DNA of 64,000 nt, taken from positions 2,566 to 66,565 of the IMG/VR virus record IMGVR_UViG_3300021399_000014; one strand, written 5' to 3'. Every line of letters starts with the position of its first letter. Positions within the stretch are counted from its first letter, which is position 1. The notes below the pieces were generated by a model, which did not search any database, was not told the DNA's origin, and was given only the letters and a program-made list of their open reading frames with translations. Both the position numbers and the translations under genes were made by a program. Source of the DNA: a virus. Lineage: Duplodnaviria; Caudoviricetes. This document shows, one piece after another, positions 7,101-16,300 of this stretch.

Positions 7101-8267
7101 ATGACCAGAGAAGAAAATATAAAAAGGCACAACGAACAGCAGACTATCCTGAAGGACAAGCGGCTTAACGAGTGCTATGAGATGGCTATAAATTCAGCAA
7201 ACGGAATCACAGTCAAAGAGGTCTGCATTACGTTTAAAGTTAGCAGCACATGCGCAAGAAGATATCTAAAAGAACTGATGGAGAAAGGACTCGTTCGAGA
7301 AGCAGGAAAAGACGGCCATACGGTTATATTTAAGGCAAACGATGGTCAGACCACAGATAGTAGCAAAGCGGTCATGGAAGTAGCAAATGACGGGAAAGAG
7401 TTTGAGCAGGACAGTTACATCCCGTGCACAGATAACTGCAAGCCAGGAGATATTATCTGGATCAGCTCTAGATCAGGCGGAGGAGCGTTCTTTAGATATC
7501 TCATCATTACTCCTTGGGAGCATAAAGCAATGGTTCTTGGGATATGCAGCGAGGAGCATCCTATGATCAATCTTAATGATCCTTATTATGTCTTTGTGGG
7601 CAACGATCCAGAAACCGGTAAGAAACTCTATGCGGACATTCGCAATAACTGCCAGAGAGGCTATAAGCAGTTCGGCGAAAGAGTCATGCATGTGGACCAG
7701 GACAGCTTTGATATTGTGAAGGCAAGACTTGCAAGAAGCATGGGTATCAGCACAGGAGGAACAAAGAGCGCAGATCCGCAGCTTCTTAGGGAAATCGAAG
7801 ACTGGAAGAAGCGATATAAGAAGCAGGCTGAAGAAGCTAGTCAGACTATTAATAAATTAACTTATGAAAGGGACCGCGATATACTGGATGAGCAGACTAA
7901 GCGGACAGAAGTTGAGGAGAAGTATGACGATCTGATGCGAGACTATAAGGCGGTTCTCCAGCGTGAAGAAGAAGCTAACAAGAGATGGCAGGAAGCTCAC
8001 GAGATGGTTGTTGAACTCGGAGAAGAACGGGATAGACTCTACGAGCAGCTTAACGCCACAACTGAGAAAACAAACGAGGTTGCTGTATCGGTGAATCAGG
8101 AGCTCGTGGTGGATCTTCAGAGCGAAAACGAGCGGCTTAAAGAACAACTCGTCGACCTTTCTATGCAGCTGGCGAGCGATTCCGCAAAGATAGCTGCGTA
8201 CGAGAAGCATGATGACACTCTCACGAAATTGTTATTCTGCATGATCAAGGGAGGAAAGAATGACTGA
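7101..8267 (+). CDS. N-terminal winged-HTH protein with long C-terminal coiled coil
   Basis: GITVKEVCITFKVSSTCARRYLKELMEKGLV wHTH pattern; C-terminal heptads. Confidence 0.65.
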   Translation: MTREENIKRHNEQQTILKDKRLNECYEMAINSANGITVKEVCITFKVSSTCARRYLKELMEKGLVREAGKDGHTVIFKANDGQTTDSSKAVMEVANDGKEFEQDSYIPCTDNCKPGDIIWISSRSGGGAFFRYLIITPWEHKAMVLGICSEEHPMINLNDPYYVFVGNDPETGKKLYADIRNNCQRGYKQFGERVMHVDQDSFDIVKARLARSMGISTGGTKSADPQLLREIEDWKKRYKKQAEEASQTINKLTYERDRDILDEQTKRTEVEEKYDDLMRDYKAVLQREEEANKRWQEAHEMVVELGEERDRLYEQLNATTEKTNEVAVSVNQELVVDLQSENERLKEQLVDLSMQLASDSAKIAAYEKHDDTLTKLLFCMIKGGKND

Positions 8268-8436
8268 GAAGAAATTAGGAAGACCTCCTCTCCCGGACGA
8301 AGATCGTAAAGGGACTTCTGTACGGGTTAGGCTTACTAATTCCGAGCTCGATGATGTTAAAAAGGAGGCTGAGGCTAACAAGGTCTCAGTCTCTGATTAT
8401 ATTCGAGAAAGGATTAAAGATAATGGAAAACACTAA
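8260..8436 (+). CDS. Ribbon-helix-helix (CopG/Arc-like) protein (not in ORF track)
   Basis: MTEKKLGRPPLPDEDRKGTSVRVRLTNSELDDVKKEAEANKVSVSDYIRERI; GGAGG RBS. Confidence 0.65.
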   Translation: MTEKKLGRPPLPDEDRKGTSVRVRLTNSELDDVKKEAEANKVSVSDYIRERIKDNGKH

Positions 8437-8584
8437 GTTTGTAAAATTTGACGAATACTGTAAGAAATGCGTGAATAAGGACACCGAGGAAAGCGATCCT
8501 TATAAGCCTTGTAACGACTGTTTGGCTGTACCAGCGAGAGAATATTCGGAAAGGCCAGTGAATTTTAAGGAGAAGACCAGGTAA
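8423..8584 (+). CDS. Small Cys-rich protein
   Basis: YCKKC...PCNDC putative Zn site; ATG 8423 after GAAAGGA. Confidence 0.55.
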   Translation: MENTKFVKFDEYCKKCVNKDTEESDPYKPCNDCLAVPAREYSERPVNFKEKTR

Positions 8585-8598
8585 CCGGTGATTATATT

Positions 8599-8616
8599 TT
8601 GCAGGTCCTAATATAG
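8599..8616 (+). promoter_or_regulatory. Degenerate phage promoter motif copy
   Basis: TTGCAGGTCCTAATATAG preceded by GATTATATT. Confidence 0.5.
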
Positions 8617-8651
8617 ATTAGTAAAAAGTCCAAATAAGAAAGGAGATTAAA

Positions 8652-9029
8652 ATGGACAAAACTATGCTGAAATTTAGGATTGAGGGACTCAAACGTAAGG
8701 CAAAAGAACTTGCGGAAAAAGTGGCGAAGGCAGTTAAGCAGGTCGCGCTCGCAGTCGTAGAGTTTGCTAAGAAGTACCCTCTTGAGTTTGCTACTATGTT
8801 GGTAGCAGCAGCTGGTGGAGGAATGAAGCTTATAAGGCGTCATGACAACCAGAAGGCTATCAAGGCAGAGGAAACCAAGAGAGAAAGGCAGATCTACGAC
8901 CGCAGCGAAGGTCACTACTGGACACTTAAGCGCAAGCCCAAAGCTGAAGAATGGGGCGAGATCAATTTCAGGAAGCGTAATGGTGAAGGCTATTACGAGA
9001 TCCTGACTGACATGGGACTTGTAGACTAA
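8652..9029 (+). CDS. Hypothetical protein with central hydrophobic helix
   Basis: RBS GAAAGGAG; FATMLVAAAGGG segment. Confidence 0.7.
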   Translation: MDKTMLKFRIEGLKRKAKELAEKVAKAVKQVALAVVEFAKKYPLEFATMLVAAAGGGMKLIRRHDNQKAIKAEETKRERQIYDRSEGHYWTLKRKPKAEEWGEINFRKRNGEGYYEILTDMGLVD

Positions 9030-9097
9030 TTATATTTAAGGAGTCATCCTACGTGGTGGCTCTTTTTATTTTTAGTGCTAGGAAAGGAGACATTTAA

Positions 9098-9370
9098 ATG
9101 AGGGCGTTTATTTGCGATTGGTGCGGGGACGCGTATAAACCTGAACCCATCTTAGTTTATGGTGGTTCACTGGCTGCTCAGCTTAAATTTAAGCAGGATA
9201 ACAAGCAGATAGAAGCTCCAATCGGCAGCGAAGCAATTCATATGAGTTGGAAAACGGAATATAGCGATTCGATTGCGGAACACTCGGGAAAAGTATATGA
9301 CATTTGTCCGAGTTGTGCCGAAGCGCTTAGAGATTTTATCAAAGGCAGGCAGAAAGGAGAACATAAATGA
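9098..9370 (+). CDS. Small Zn-finger protein (CxxC...CxxC)
   Basis: MRAFICDWCG...DICPSCA; same architecture as 16432..16701. Confidence 0.65.
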   Translation: MRAFICDWCGDAYKPEPILVYGGSLAAQLKFKQDNKQIEAPIGSEAIHMSWKTEYSDSIAEHSGKVYDICPSCAEALRDFIKGRQKGEHK

Positions 9371-10233
9371 AACTTAAAGACATTTTCACGCCTAAAGTAC
9401 TGAGCGGATTGGCAGTAGTTGGCGTAGTAGGAACAGCGGTATTGGCGGCTATGGAAGGAATGGCGTCCAAGGAAAAGATCCAGAAGATTAAGGAAGAGAT
9501 GCCCGAGGAGAAGAAAGAGAGTAAGCTGGCAGTATCCTCTTATTATGCTCCTCGTGTGGCCGGATGCTTCTGGAAGACGATCGTAGTAGGCGGAGTAACA
9601 ATTACTTGCATAGTCGCATCATGCTATCTTAGTGGACTTCAGCTTGCCGCTATGGCCGGTACAGTATCTTATCTTGTATCACAGAGGACAGCAATCGAGA
9701 AGGAGGTAAGTAAAATTCCGGGAGGCAAGGAGGCCCTGGATAAAGCTAAGAAGGAAGTAGCCAAGCTTACTGCCGAGAAGAAGATCGACGAAGCAGAAAA
9801 GAAGAAATCGCCATGGCTTATACAAACGATCGAAGAGACCGGCGAGGGAGAAGACATATTCATAGACGAATGGTCCGGGCGAGTCTTCAGATCGAGTCCT
9901 GAGGCGGTCAAAAAAGCCTGGGACAGTATAAACGCCAGAAGAGACGAGGGATTAGATCTTCCCTTTAGTGATGACGGCGACATGAATATTCCAGAAGCCA
10001 TACCCTATAATGATATTTTCATAGCGCTGAATCTCGAACCAAGCGGCATAGGCCATCAGTTTGGATACCCGGCAAATGATGATCTTTACAGCCATAGAGA
10101 AATCCCCTATGAGATTCAACGGCTTGAGTTCGACGACATGGACGAAAGTCAGAAAAAGAGATATGGCGAAGGAATCTATGTAGTACATATTCCGTCCGAC
10201 TACTATCCTATGGAGTGCTGGGCTGAATACTGA
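9367..10233 (+). CDS. DUF6353-like membrane-anchored protein, paralogue 1
   Basis: PKVLSGLAVVGVVGTAVLA N-terminal helix, second hydrophobic segment, soluble C-domain; family name from recall. Confidence 0.6.
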   Translation: MKLKDIFTPKVLSGLAVVGVVGTAVLAAMEGMASKEKIQKIKEEMPEEKKESKLAVSSYYAPRVAGCFWKTIVVGGVTITCIVASCYLSGLQLAAMAGTVSYLVSQRTAIEKEVSKIPGGKEALDKAKKEVAKLTAEKKIDEAEKKKSPWLIQTIEETGEGEDIFIDEWSGRVFRSSPEAVKKAWDSINARRDEGLDLPFSDDGDMNIPEAIPYNDIFIALNLEPSGIGHQFGYPANDDLYSHREIPYEIQRLEFDDMDESQKKRYGEGIYVVHIPSDYYPMECWAEY

Positions 10234-10240
10234 TCGAGAA

Positions 10241-10258
10241 ATACAGCTCCTATAATAG
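10241..10258 (+). promoter_or_regulatory. Phage early promoter motif copy
   Basis: ATACAGCTCCTATAATAG. Confidence 0.7.
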
Positions 10259-10299
10259 AAACTGATTATATTTGTTTTTATTAGAAAGGAGGAGAAATT

Positions 10300-10476
10300 A
10301 TGGTAACTTTATTGTCTATCTTGATGATAGCAGTTATAGTACTTGCTCTTGCCGGAGGGTTGATAGCATTCACCTTCGGAGCAATAGCGAGTTTTATTCC
10401 GCTAATGTTCAAATTAGGGACAATCGTGTTGCCTATATTACTGATTCTCGGCATTATAGGCGCTATGATCGGTTGA
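10300..10476 (+). CDS. 58-aa fully hydrophobic membrane protein (not in ORF track)
   Basis: MVTLLSILMIAVIVLALAGG...IIGAMIG*; GAAAGGAGG RBS. Confidence 0.6.
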   Translation: MVTLLSILMIAVIVLALAGGLIAFTFGAIASFIPLMFKLGTIVLPILLILGIIGAMIG

Positions 10477-10538
10477 TGCGACAAGAGGATTCGTATAGAG
10501 AGTACGGGTCCTCTTATATTTTTTAAAGGAGGTTTACT

Positions 10539-11342
10539 ATGAAATTTTCATGGCTTAAGAAAGCTGGTAATGTTATTAATGCCGGTGTGAAAGTAGTCGA
10601 TAAGTACGGACCGCAGATTATGGCTGTTGTAAGTACTGGCTGTTTCATCGGCTCGATTATATTCGCTGTAAAAGAGAGCCCTAAGGCAAGAGAGGCTCTT
10701 GAAGAGAAAGAAGAAGCTGGACAGGAGCTGAACATTCTTGAGAAGAGCGCAACAGTAGTATCCAACATGCCTTGGACGTTCGGTTTGGCCGGTGCTGGGC
10801 TTGGATTGCAGATCGGATGCTGGATTAAGGAATCGGCAAGAGTAGCGGCTATGACTGGCCTTATTGCTACTCAGGTTAAGGATAATGAGACCTTAATCGA
10901 AGCGGCCAAGCAGGTTGTAGGACCTGATAAGACCGAAGAGATCCTCCAGAAGAAAGAAGAGATCGTTATAGAGAACGATAAGAAGGAGCTGAGAGATACT
11001 TTCCTCAACTGGCAGTATTATCCGTTCCTCTTTCCTACTGGAGATGTTATCTGGATGACCTGGAGACAGTTCGACGAACGGCATCGAGACTGCATCAAAG
11101 ATCTGGCGTCGAATCAGGAGTTGTGTCTGTATGACTATATGTCTAACATGCACTCGCCTAATCCGGCACTTTTGGAACTCGGATGGTCGTGCGAAGGCTG
11201 CGGAACATCACCTGAAGATTATCTCAGATGGGCAGAGGAAGAACTCGATTATGACTATGACATGATTGAGTACAACGGCGATCCTAAGCTTCCCGGATTC
11301 AGAATTAGCTGGAAGAATAACCCGACTCCGCCTGTGGACTGA
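10539..11342 (+). CDS. DUF6353-like membrane-anchored protein, paralogue 2
   Basis: KYGPQIMAVVSTGCFIGSIIFAVKESPKA N-terminal motif. Confidence 0.6.
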   Translation: MKFSWLKKAGNVINAGVKVVDKYGPQIMAVVSTGCFIGSIIFAVKESPKAREALEEKEEAGQELNILEKSATVVSNMPWTFGLAGAGLGLQIGCWIKESARVAAMTGLIATQVKDNETLIEAAKQVVGPDKTEEILQKKEEIVIENDKKELRDTFLNWQYYPFLFPTGDVIWMTWRQFDERHRDCIKDLASNQELCLYDYMSNMHSPNPALLELGWSCEGCGTSPEDYLRWAEEELDYDYDMIEYNGDPKLPGFRISWKNNPTPPVD

Positions 11343-11357
11343 ACAGGTGTACGAGTT

Positions 11358-11375
11358 TTACAGGGTCTATAATAG
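11358..11375 (+). promoter_or_regulatory. Phage early promoter motif copy
   Basis: TTACAGGGTCTATAATAG preceded by GTGTACGAG. Confidence 0.65.
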
Positions 11376-11414
11376 GAACTTATGTTCAATGCCAAACGAA
11401 AGGAGAAAAAAATA

Positions 11415-11684
11415 ATGGCAACAATTATTGAAGATCTTAAAGGTAAAGTATCGGACATTAAGGACGCAAAGGATGAGGGCGAGAAGAACCCCACATCTGA
11501 GAATGGCGAAGGAACCGACAAGGAGGCCAAGAAGAAGGCAGCCGGAAAGATCGTTAAGAAAACGGTCGGGTATCTGCTTGCCGCACTCGCAGGAGCGGGA
11601 ACGGTATTTGTAGCTACCAGAGCGAAGAAAGACGATCAGGAGGCTGACGAAAGCGAGGCACCGGCGGAGGAAGAAGAAGCATAA
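11415..11684 (+). CDS. Small TM protein with acidic tail
   Basis: VGYLLAALAGAGTVFVA helix; tail DESEAPAEEEEA; RBS GAAAGGAG. Confidence 0.7.
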   Translation: MATIIEDLKGKVSDIKDAKDEGEKNPTSENGEGTDKEAKKKAAGKIVKKTVGYLLAALAGAGTVFVATRAKKDDQEADESEAPAEEEEA

Positions 11685-11742
11685 TCAGATGGAGGGAGTC
11701 AGACTTACTGGCTCTCTCCTTTTTTCTTTTTGGAGGTAGCGT

Positions 11743-12018
11743 ATGGCAGAACTGGACTTGGCAAGCCTGATTATATTTGTGCTTGGACTGATAGGCATTG
11801 TAATTGAACCGTGGAGCCCGCAGCCTATATGGATGGCTTGGTATGGCGGGTTATATTTCTGCATGCGTTTTACAGTCCATATTATAGTAACTGTAGTTAT
11901 GTCTAGAAAGGAGACAAAATATGTGGAACTTGAAAACAGTAAGAAAGGTCTGCGGAATCGTAGGCGCTATCTTCAGCGGAGTGATGGGAATCGCAGGAGG
12001 TTACATCGCCGGTTCTGA
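11743..12018 (+). CDS. Membrane protein (3' part overlaps the next gene)
   Basis: GGAGG RBS; two hydrophobic segments. Confidence 0.45.
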   Translation: MAELDLASLIIFVLGLIGIVIEPWSPQPIWMAWYGGLYFCMRFTVHIIVTVVMSRKETKYVELENSKKGLRNRRRYLQRSDGNRRRLHRRF

Positions 12019-12103
12019 AGCGGCACCTAAGGTACTTAAGGCCAAGAAGATCTGGGACGAGTTGAATTCCGAAGACGACTCTCCCGAAGATGTAACAGAG
12101 TAA
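11921..12103 (+). CDS. Small Gly-rich TM protein with acidic tail
   Basis: CGIVGAIFSGVMGIAGGYIAG; tail SEDDSPEDVTE; RBS GAAAGGAG. Confidence 0.65.
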   Translation: MWNLKTVRKVCGIVGAIFSGVMGIAGGYIAGSEAAPKVLKAKKIWDELNSEDDSPEDVTE

Positions 12104-12161
12104 CTGGATTAAAGGACTCGTGCTTAATGTGCGGGTCCTATTAAATTTTTAGGAGAAAAAT

Positions 12162-12809
12162 ATGGCTGAAGTAAAACTTGATGATGTGCTTGCCAACAAT
12201 AGCGATTCAGCAAGGCGAACTGAAGAGAACAAACCGCCGGCACCGACCGAAGAGTTCAATCCATATGTGGAAGAGCCTGTGTCCATGAGAAAGCCGAGTA
12301 TTATAGGACGCTTCATCGGTATGTTCGGGCTCGGAAGCAATTTTGAAGGCGCTGGTAGCATGGTTCTGCAGGAAGTAATCATTCCGACGATTATCGACGG
12401 ACTTAGAGACTCAATCTATGCAGCTACTGATTATATTCTTTATGGCGGTGGACAGAGAAGCATTGCTGGAGGCCGCAAAGGTAGTGGAAGGAAGAACGGG
12501 TATACAGCATACAGCCAGAAGAGCCAGCAGAGAGGTAACAACAGAAAAGGAAGCCCCTCAGCAAGCGCATATTACTTCACATTTGATATTCGGGCAGACG
12601 CTGAGAAGGTTCTTGAGCAGATGCGCGATGTATCGGACCAGAGAGACTTCGTAACGATCATGGACATGTTTGCGATCGCTAAGAGGCAGACCAGTAACTA
12701 TACCTATAACGATTGGGGATGGTACGATCTGCGGTCGGCTCTTGTGAGAAGAACTAATGACGGACGATATTATCTGGACCTCCCGAAACCGGTTCCGATC
12801 GAGGACTGA
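12162..12809 (+). CDS. Conserved hypothetical phage protein
   Basis: 215-aa ORF with RBS; C-terminal WGWYDL...YYLDLPKP pattern recalled from related phages. Confidence 0.7.
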   Translation: MAEVKLDDVLANNSDSARRTEENKPPAPTEEFNPYVEEPVSMRKPSIIGRFIGMFGLGSNFEGAGSMVLQEVIIPTIIDGLRDSIYAATDYILYGGGQRSIAGGRKGSGRKNGYTAYSQKSQQRGNNRKGSPSASAYYFTFDIRADAEKVLEQMRDVSDQRDFVTIMDMFAIAKRQTSNYTYNDWGWYDLRSALVRRTNDGRYYLDLPKPVPIED

Positions 12810-12812
12810 ATT

Positions 12813-12983
12813 ATGGTTTGCCCGTGTAAAGGCTGCGAAGTTAGAGAAGCTGGATGCCACGATAGGTGTCCAGCTTATTCTTTGTGGCGAGATGAACTTA
12901 AAGAAATAAAGGAGAAAATGGACTGGGAAAGAAAACTTGATTCTTTCTTCAGTGAACCCGAAAGATGGGTTGATCATATTTAG
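12813..12983 (+). CDS. Small Cys-rich protein (not in ORF track)
   Basis: MVCPCKGCEVREAGCHDRCPAY. Confidence 0.55.
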   Translation: MVCPCKGCEVREAGCHDRCPAYSLWRDELKEIKEKMDWERKLDSFFSEPERWVDHI

Positions 12984-12995
12984 GAGGTACACATA

Positions 12996-13769
12996 ATGTT
13001 TAATGCAAATAGAGTTAATGCAAAAACAATTAATAATCTGCGTGAGTTCGGCACTTCAATAAAAAACAAAACTTTCAACAATATTGAGGTTTTACGCAGT
13101 TCCTTTGACACATGTCGTTTTCGCAATATTCAAGCTATGGAACTGATGTTTGACTGGGACAGCTTTAACGACTGCTTTATCATCGATTGCTTTTTTCAAG
13201 AGTGTTACTTCGATAGATGCTCCTTCCATTTGTCTCATATAGTCAAAACGATTTTTAGAGGTGTGACATTTGAGAGCTGCAACTTCGCCGATAGCTGGCT
13301 CGGAGATATTGGAGAGTCGTTTTTTATAGGATGTCGCTTCGTGGACTGTATTTTTAGCAACGACTCGTCGATTGAAATGTTTCAAGAGTGCGAGTTCGTA
13401 CGTCCCCAAAAGTTGCCGTATATGTCAATGGCTTGTCCCGATGAAGGAGAGTTTATCGGATATAAAAAGGCGTACGCCAACGGAAAGTTCGTGATCGTAA
13501 CGCTTCGTATCCCAGCCGATGCAAAACGCTCTTCCGCTTTTGGGCGAAAATGCAGATGCAGCAAAGCTGAAGTTATAGCGATAGAAAGCGTAGATAACCC
13601 CGAATTATCAATAAACACCGCTTTCTCGTGTTATAGCGGTTCAGAAAATGAGATTGCCTATACTGTAGGCGAAACAGTGTACCCAGACCAGTTCGACGAA
13701 AACCGCTGGTTAGAGTGCAGTAGCGGAATACATTTCTTTATGAACAAAGAAGAAGCCATAAGGTACTAG
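12996..13769 (+). CDS. Pentapeptide-repeat protein with C-terminal DUF5758-like domain
   Basis: F-x4 periodic N-half (CFFQECYFDRCSF...); C-half GYKKA...LRIPADAKRSSAFGRKCRCSKAEV...CSSGIHFF. Confidence 0.7.
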   Translation: MFNANRVNAKTINNLREFGTSIKNKTFNNIEVLRSSFDTCRFRNIQAMELMFDWDSFNDCFIIDCFFQECYFDRCSFHLSHIVKTIFRGVTFESCNFADSWLGDIGESFFIGCRFVDCIFSNDSSIEMFQECEFVRPQKLPYMSMACPDEGEFIGYKKAYANGKFVIVTLRIPADAKRSSAFGRKCRCSKAEVIAIESVDNPELSINTAFSCYSGSENEIAYTVGETVYPDQFDENRWLECSSGIHFFMNKEEAIRY

Positions 13770-13778
13770 GAGGTAACT

Positions 13779-14063
13779 ATGGAAAGCGTATATGTCGGCA
13801 GGAAACTGTGCAGAGAAGTCATAAAAGCCGGGCGAGTGCTTCTTGACGTGGGCATTAACCCTAAAATCGGTTGCGAAGACAAGAACTATCAGCAGCTCGT
13901 AGAAGACGGGATGGATATGGAAACCGCTATGAAAGAAGCATCATTATATTCCAAGAACAAGAAAGCCTCTGATGGCGCAAAATACGCAGTTATATGCGAG
14001 ATCCTTGAACGGGCTAAGGCTCTTGTGGATGCTGGTATTAACCCGGAGATCGTGATGAGGTGA
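13779..14063 (+). CDS. Hypothetical protein
   Basis: AGGAGG RBS; internal repeat LxDxGINP twice. Confidence 0.65.
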   Translation: MESVYVGRKLCREVIKAGRVLLDVGINPKIGCEDKNYQQLVEDGMDMETAMKEASLYSKNKKASDGAKYAVICEILERAKALVDAGINPEIVMR

Positions 14064-14078
14064 GAAAGGAGACGACGA

Positions 14079-14744
14079 ATGACTAGAGAGGAAATGATAG
14101 AGACACTCAGTAACTATTGCCTGAATAGAAGTGACTGCGTGAGCTGTCCTATAAAGAAAATTACGGGAGTGATATGTAATAATGTCTTCAGCGAAATGAC
14201 GGATAAGGAACTTGAGGAACGGATGGCTCTTCTCGAAGCGGAAGAAAAAAGCGGTAAGCCCAAGGATGCATCGCATGATGAGGTTGCTAAGCAGATTATG
14301 AAATATCTGACAGGTACGGATAACCCTGAAGAAGCGGCCAAGCGGATTGTATTTGGAACAGACAATCAGCAAGCTAAAGCAGATGCAGGAAAAGCTCCTA
14401 TTAGTCTGGTGCCTATGGATATCGTGTGGGCAATCGCATGGATTCGCAAGTACGGCAACGAGAAATATGGCGATCCTGAAAACTGGAAGACCGTAGAACC
14501 GGAGAGGTATAGGGATGCTCTGATGAGACATCTTCTTCATTATATTTCCGATCCCAAGAGTATCGACGAAGAGTCCGGTTATCCTCACTTATGGCATGCG
14601 GCTTGCAACATGGCGTTTCTGATGAGTATGGATTACGGAGATCGCGTATATTCCGGAGATACATTTGAGTCGCTTAGATGGAATGGGATTGGCGAAACAC
14701 TAAGTCAAGGCTTTAAGGAGGGTCTCAGCAATGAAACTAACTAA
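14079..14744 (+). CDS. dATP/dGTP diphosphohydrolase-like (former DUF5664) domain fused to a Cys-rich N-terminus
   Basis: KADAGKAPISLVP...YGNEKYG..NW....YRDALMRHL...DEESGYPHLWHAACNMAFL signature. Confidence 0.75.
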   Translation: MTREEMIETLSNYCLNRSDCVSCPIKKITGVICNNVFSEMTDKELEERMALLEAEEKSGKPKDASHDEVAKQIMKYLTGTDNPEEAAKRIVFGTDNQQAKADAGKAPISLVPMDIVWAIAWIRKYGNEKYGDPENWKTVEPERYRDALMRHLLHYISDPKSIDEESGYPHLWHAACNMAFLMSMDYGDRVYSGDTFESLRWNGIGETLSQGFKEGLSNETN

Positions 14745-15183
14745 AGAGGAGGCCGTACGTTTGTTTCATGAGCAGTGGAGCGATATGCAGAAGGAGTTGG
14801 GAGATTGTCCGGACCCTTGCTCAAGACTAGAGTTCAAAAGGCACTGGTGCAAAACGCATTTTCCCGAGGAATCAATAAAAAATAATTGCTTTTTATGTGA
14901 GTATGCCTTCCATGTTGTTACTACCGACCGTTTTGAGTGCTATTCTTGTCCGATCGCTTGGCCTTTGGCCGGGGAGGGTATTATTCCTGATTGTGCTGTA
15001 CATATGTCGTATCTTTTGTCTCCTATTTCCGAGATCTTGGCGTTACCTGTTAGAGAGGAGGCGAGTTTTCTGTCCGCCAAGAATCCGGTAGATGTCGTGT
15101 ATCAAGAGCTCAAAAATATGCACGAAGAACTTAAGCAATATGAGGAAAAGGAGGTAGCAAATGACGCCAACAAGACTGTTTGA
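14731..15183 (+). CDS. Cys-rich hypothetical protein
   Basis: CFLCEY...CYSCPI motif; GGAGG RBS. Confidence 0.65.
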   Translation: MKLTKEEAVRLFHEQWSDMQKELGDCPDPCSRLEFKRHWCKTHFPEESIKNNCFLCEYAFHVVTTDRFECYSCPIAWPLAGEGIIPDCAVHMSYLLSPISEILALPVREEASFLSAKNPVDVVYQELKNMHEELKQYEEKEVANDANKTV

Positions 15184-15352
15184 AGTAGCTTGTGAGCAGG
15201 CGAAGGACATGATGGACCTTAAAGAGCTCACAGAAACGTATAAGAGAGTCGACTCAGGGGCTGTCGAGATGAAGCTCAAGAACGGGAACAAAGCCGTATT
15301 CCGAATCGACGGTAACAGCAAAAGAAAATATCTCATGTTTCAGTGGAAGTAG
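15161..15352 (+). CDS. Hypothetical protein
   Basis: AGGAGG RBS; ORF track. Confidence 0.6.
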   Translation: MTPTRLFEVACEQAKDMMDLKELTETYKRVDSGAVEMKLKNGNKAVFRIDGNSKRKYLMFQWK

Positions 15353-15360
15353 GAGAAAAA

Positions 15361-15603
15361 ATGAATAGCATAAAAGAATTATTTATGGCAACGGCCGAAG
15401 TTGTAGCTAGAATGGCGATAGCGATAGCAATGGTCGTTTGCATTATATTTTCTGTAGCCGTGATCGTAGCCTGCCCTATTCTTATAGTGGCGGGCTTATT
15501 TTTTGTAGTATGCCTGATAGCCCACATTACGTTCAGCTGGTATATTCCGGTGATGATAGGGTTAGCTATACTTGTATGCTTCGGACTGGCTACGTTGGAG
15601 TAG
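15361..15603 (+). CDS. Membrane protein
   Basis: Almost entirely hydrophobic after residue 15. Confidence 0.65.
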   Translation: MNSIKELFMATAEVVARMAIAIAMVVCIIFSVAVIVACPILIVAGLFFVVCLIAHITFSWYIPVMIGLAILVCFGLATLE

Positions 15604-15618
15604 AAAGGAGGATCTCTC

Positions 15619-15768
15619 GTGATGGGCGCAGAAGAGGCAATCGAAGTTCTGAAAGCATTAGAAGACTGGTTATATTTCAGTTCGATGAACGGAGGGTCAA
15701 AGATACAGAGAGAAGCCATTGAAGTGGCCATAACAGCTCTCGAGAAAAAAGTCGATAGGGAGGATTAG
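15619..15768 (+). CDS. Small helical protein (tandem pair with the next ORF)
   Basis: EEAIEVL...EAIEVAITALEKK; GAAAGGAGG RBS. Confidence 0.55.
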   Translation: MMGAEEAIEVLKALEDWLYFSSMNGGSKIQREAIEVAITALEKKVDRED

Positions 15769-15770
15769 AC

Positions 15771-15917
15771 ATGATGACTATAGAAGAGGCGATTGATCAG
15801 CTCGAAGAAGTGATGGATATCGCGCACGAAGGCAATCCGGTTTACATTAGCGAGGACGACGTCGAGGCAATCAGAATCGCCAAAGAAGCTCTTGAAGAGA
15901 AAGCGGGGTATAGATAA
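15771..15917 (+). CDS. Small helical protein (tandem pair with the previous ORF)
   Basis: EEAIDQL...EAIRIAKEALEEK; GGGAGG RBS. Confidence 0.55.
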   Translation: MMTIEEAIDQLEEVMDIAHEGNPVYISEDDVEAIRIAKEALEEKAGYR

Positions 15918-15918
15918 T

Positions 15919-16089
15919 ATGACTTGCATGGAATATTTGTTCGAAGTGAATGAGGTGATTACAGAAAATAATAATTTACTTCCCGAACAGCTGACCCAGC
16001 TATCCAATACGGCTTTTCTTAGGTCCATAGCCTATTCTCTTGCCGTGATCGCTGATAAGCTTGGCGAGTCGAAAGAAAATGAAAGCTGA
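15919..16089 (+). CDS. Hypothetical protein
   Basis: ATG 15919 one base after the previous stop; ORF track 15892..16089. Confidence 0.5.
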   Translation: MTCMEYLFEVNEVITENNNLLPEQLTQLSNTAFLRSIAYSLAVIADKLGESKENES

Positions 16090-16300
16090 CGAGCCTGATT
16101 ATGTCTACATGGCAATAACAAAAGACGAGTATGAACTTCCTATTGCAGTAGCTGACTCCGGGCCTGAGCTGTCAAGAATGCTTGGGCTCGAAGCAAACAC
16201 TGTTACACAACAGATATGGCATTGCGCTAAAAAGGGGTGGCGGTGTAAGTATAAGAAAGTTTATATCGGAGATGAAAGGAGCGATATATGTGGATCGTAA
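16079..16300 (+). CDS. Small phage protein, probable HTH
   Basis: YMAITKDEYELPIAVADSGPELSRMLG pattern common in Clostridia phages (recall). Confidence 0.6.
   Translation: MKADEPDYVYMAITKDEYELPIAVADSGPELSRMLGLEANTVTQQIWHCAKKGWRCKYKKVYIGDERSDICGS

Noticed and set aside
14079-14744. Z-genome or deazaguanine modification pathway
   Set aside because: Only the diphosphohydrolase-like gene is visible; purZ, folE/queD/queC/dpdA were not recognised.
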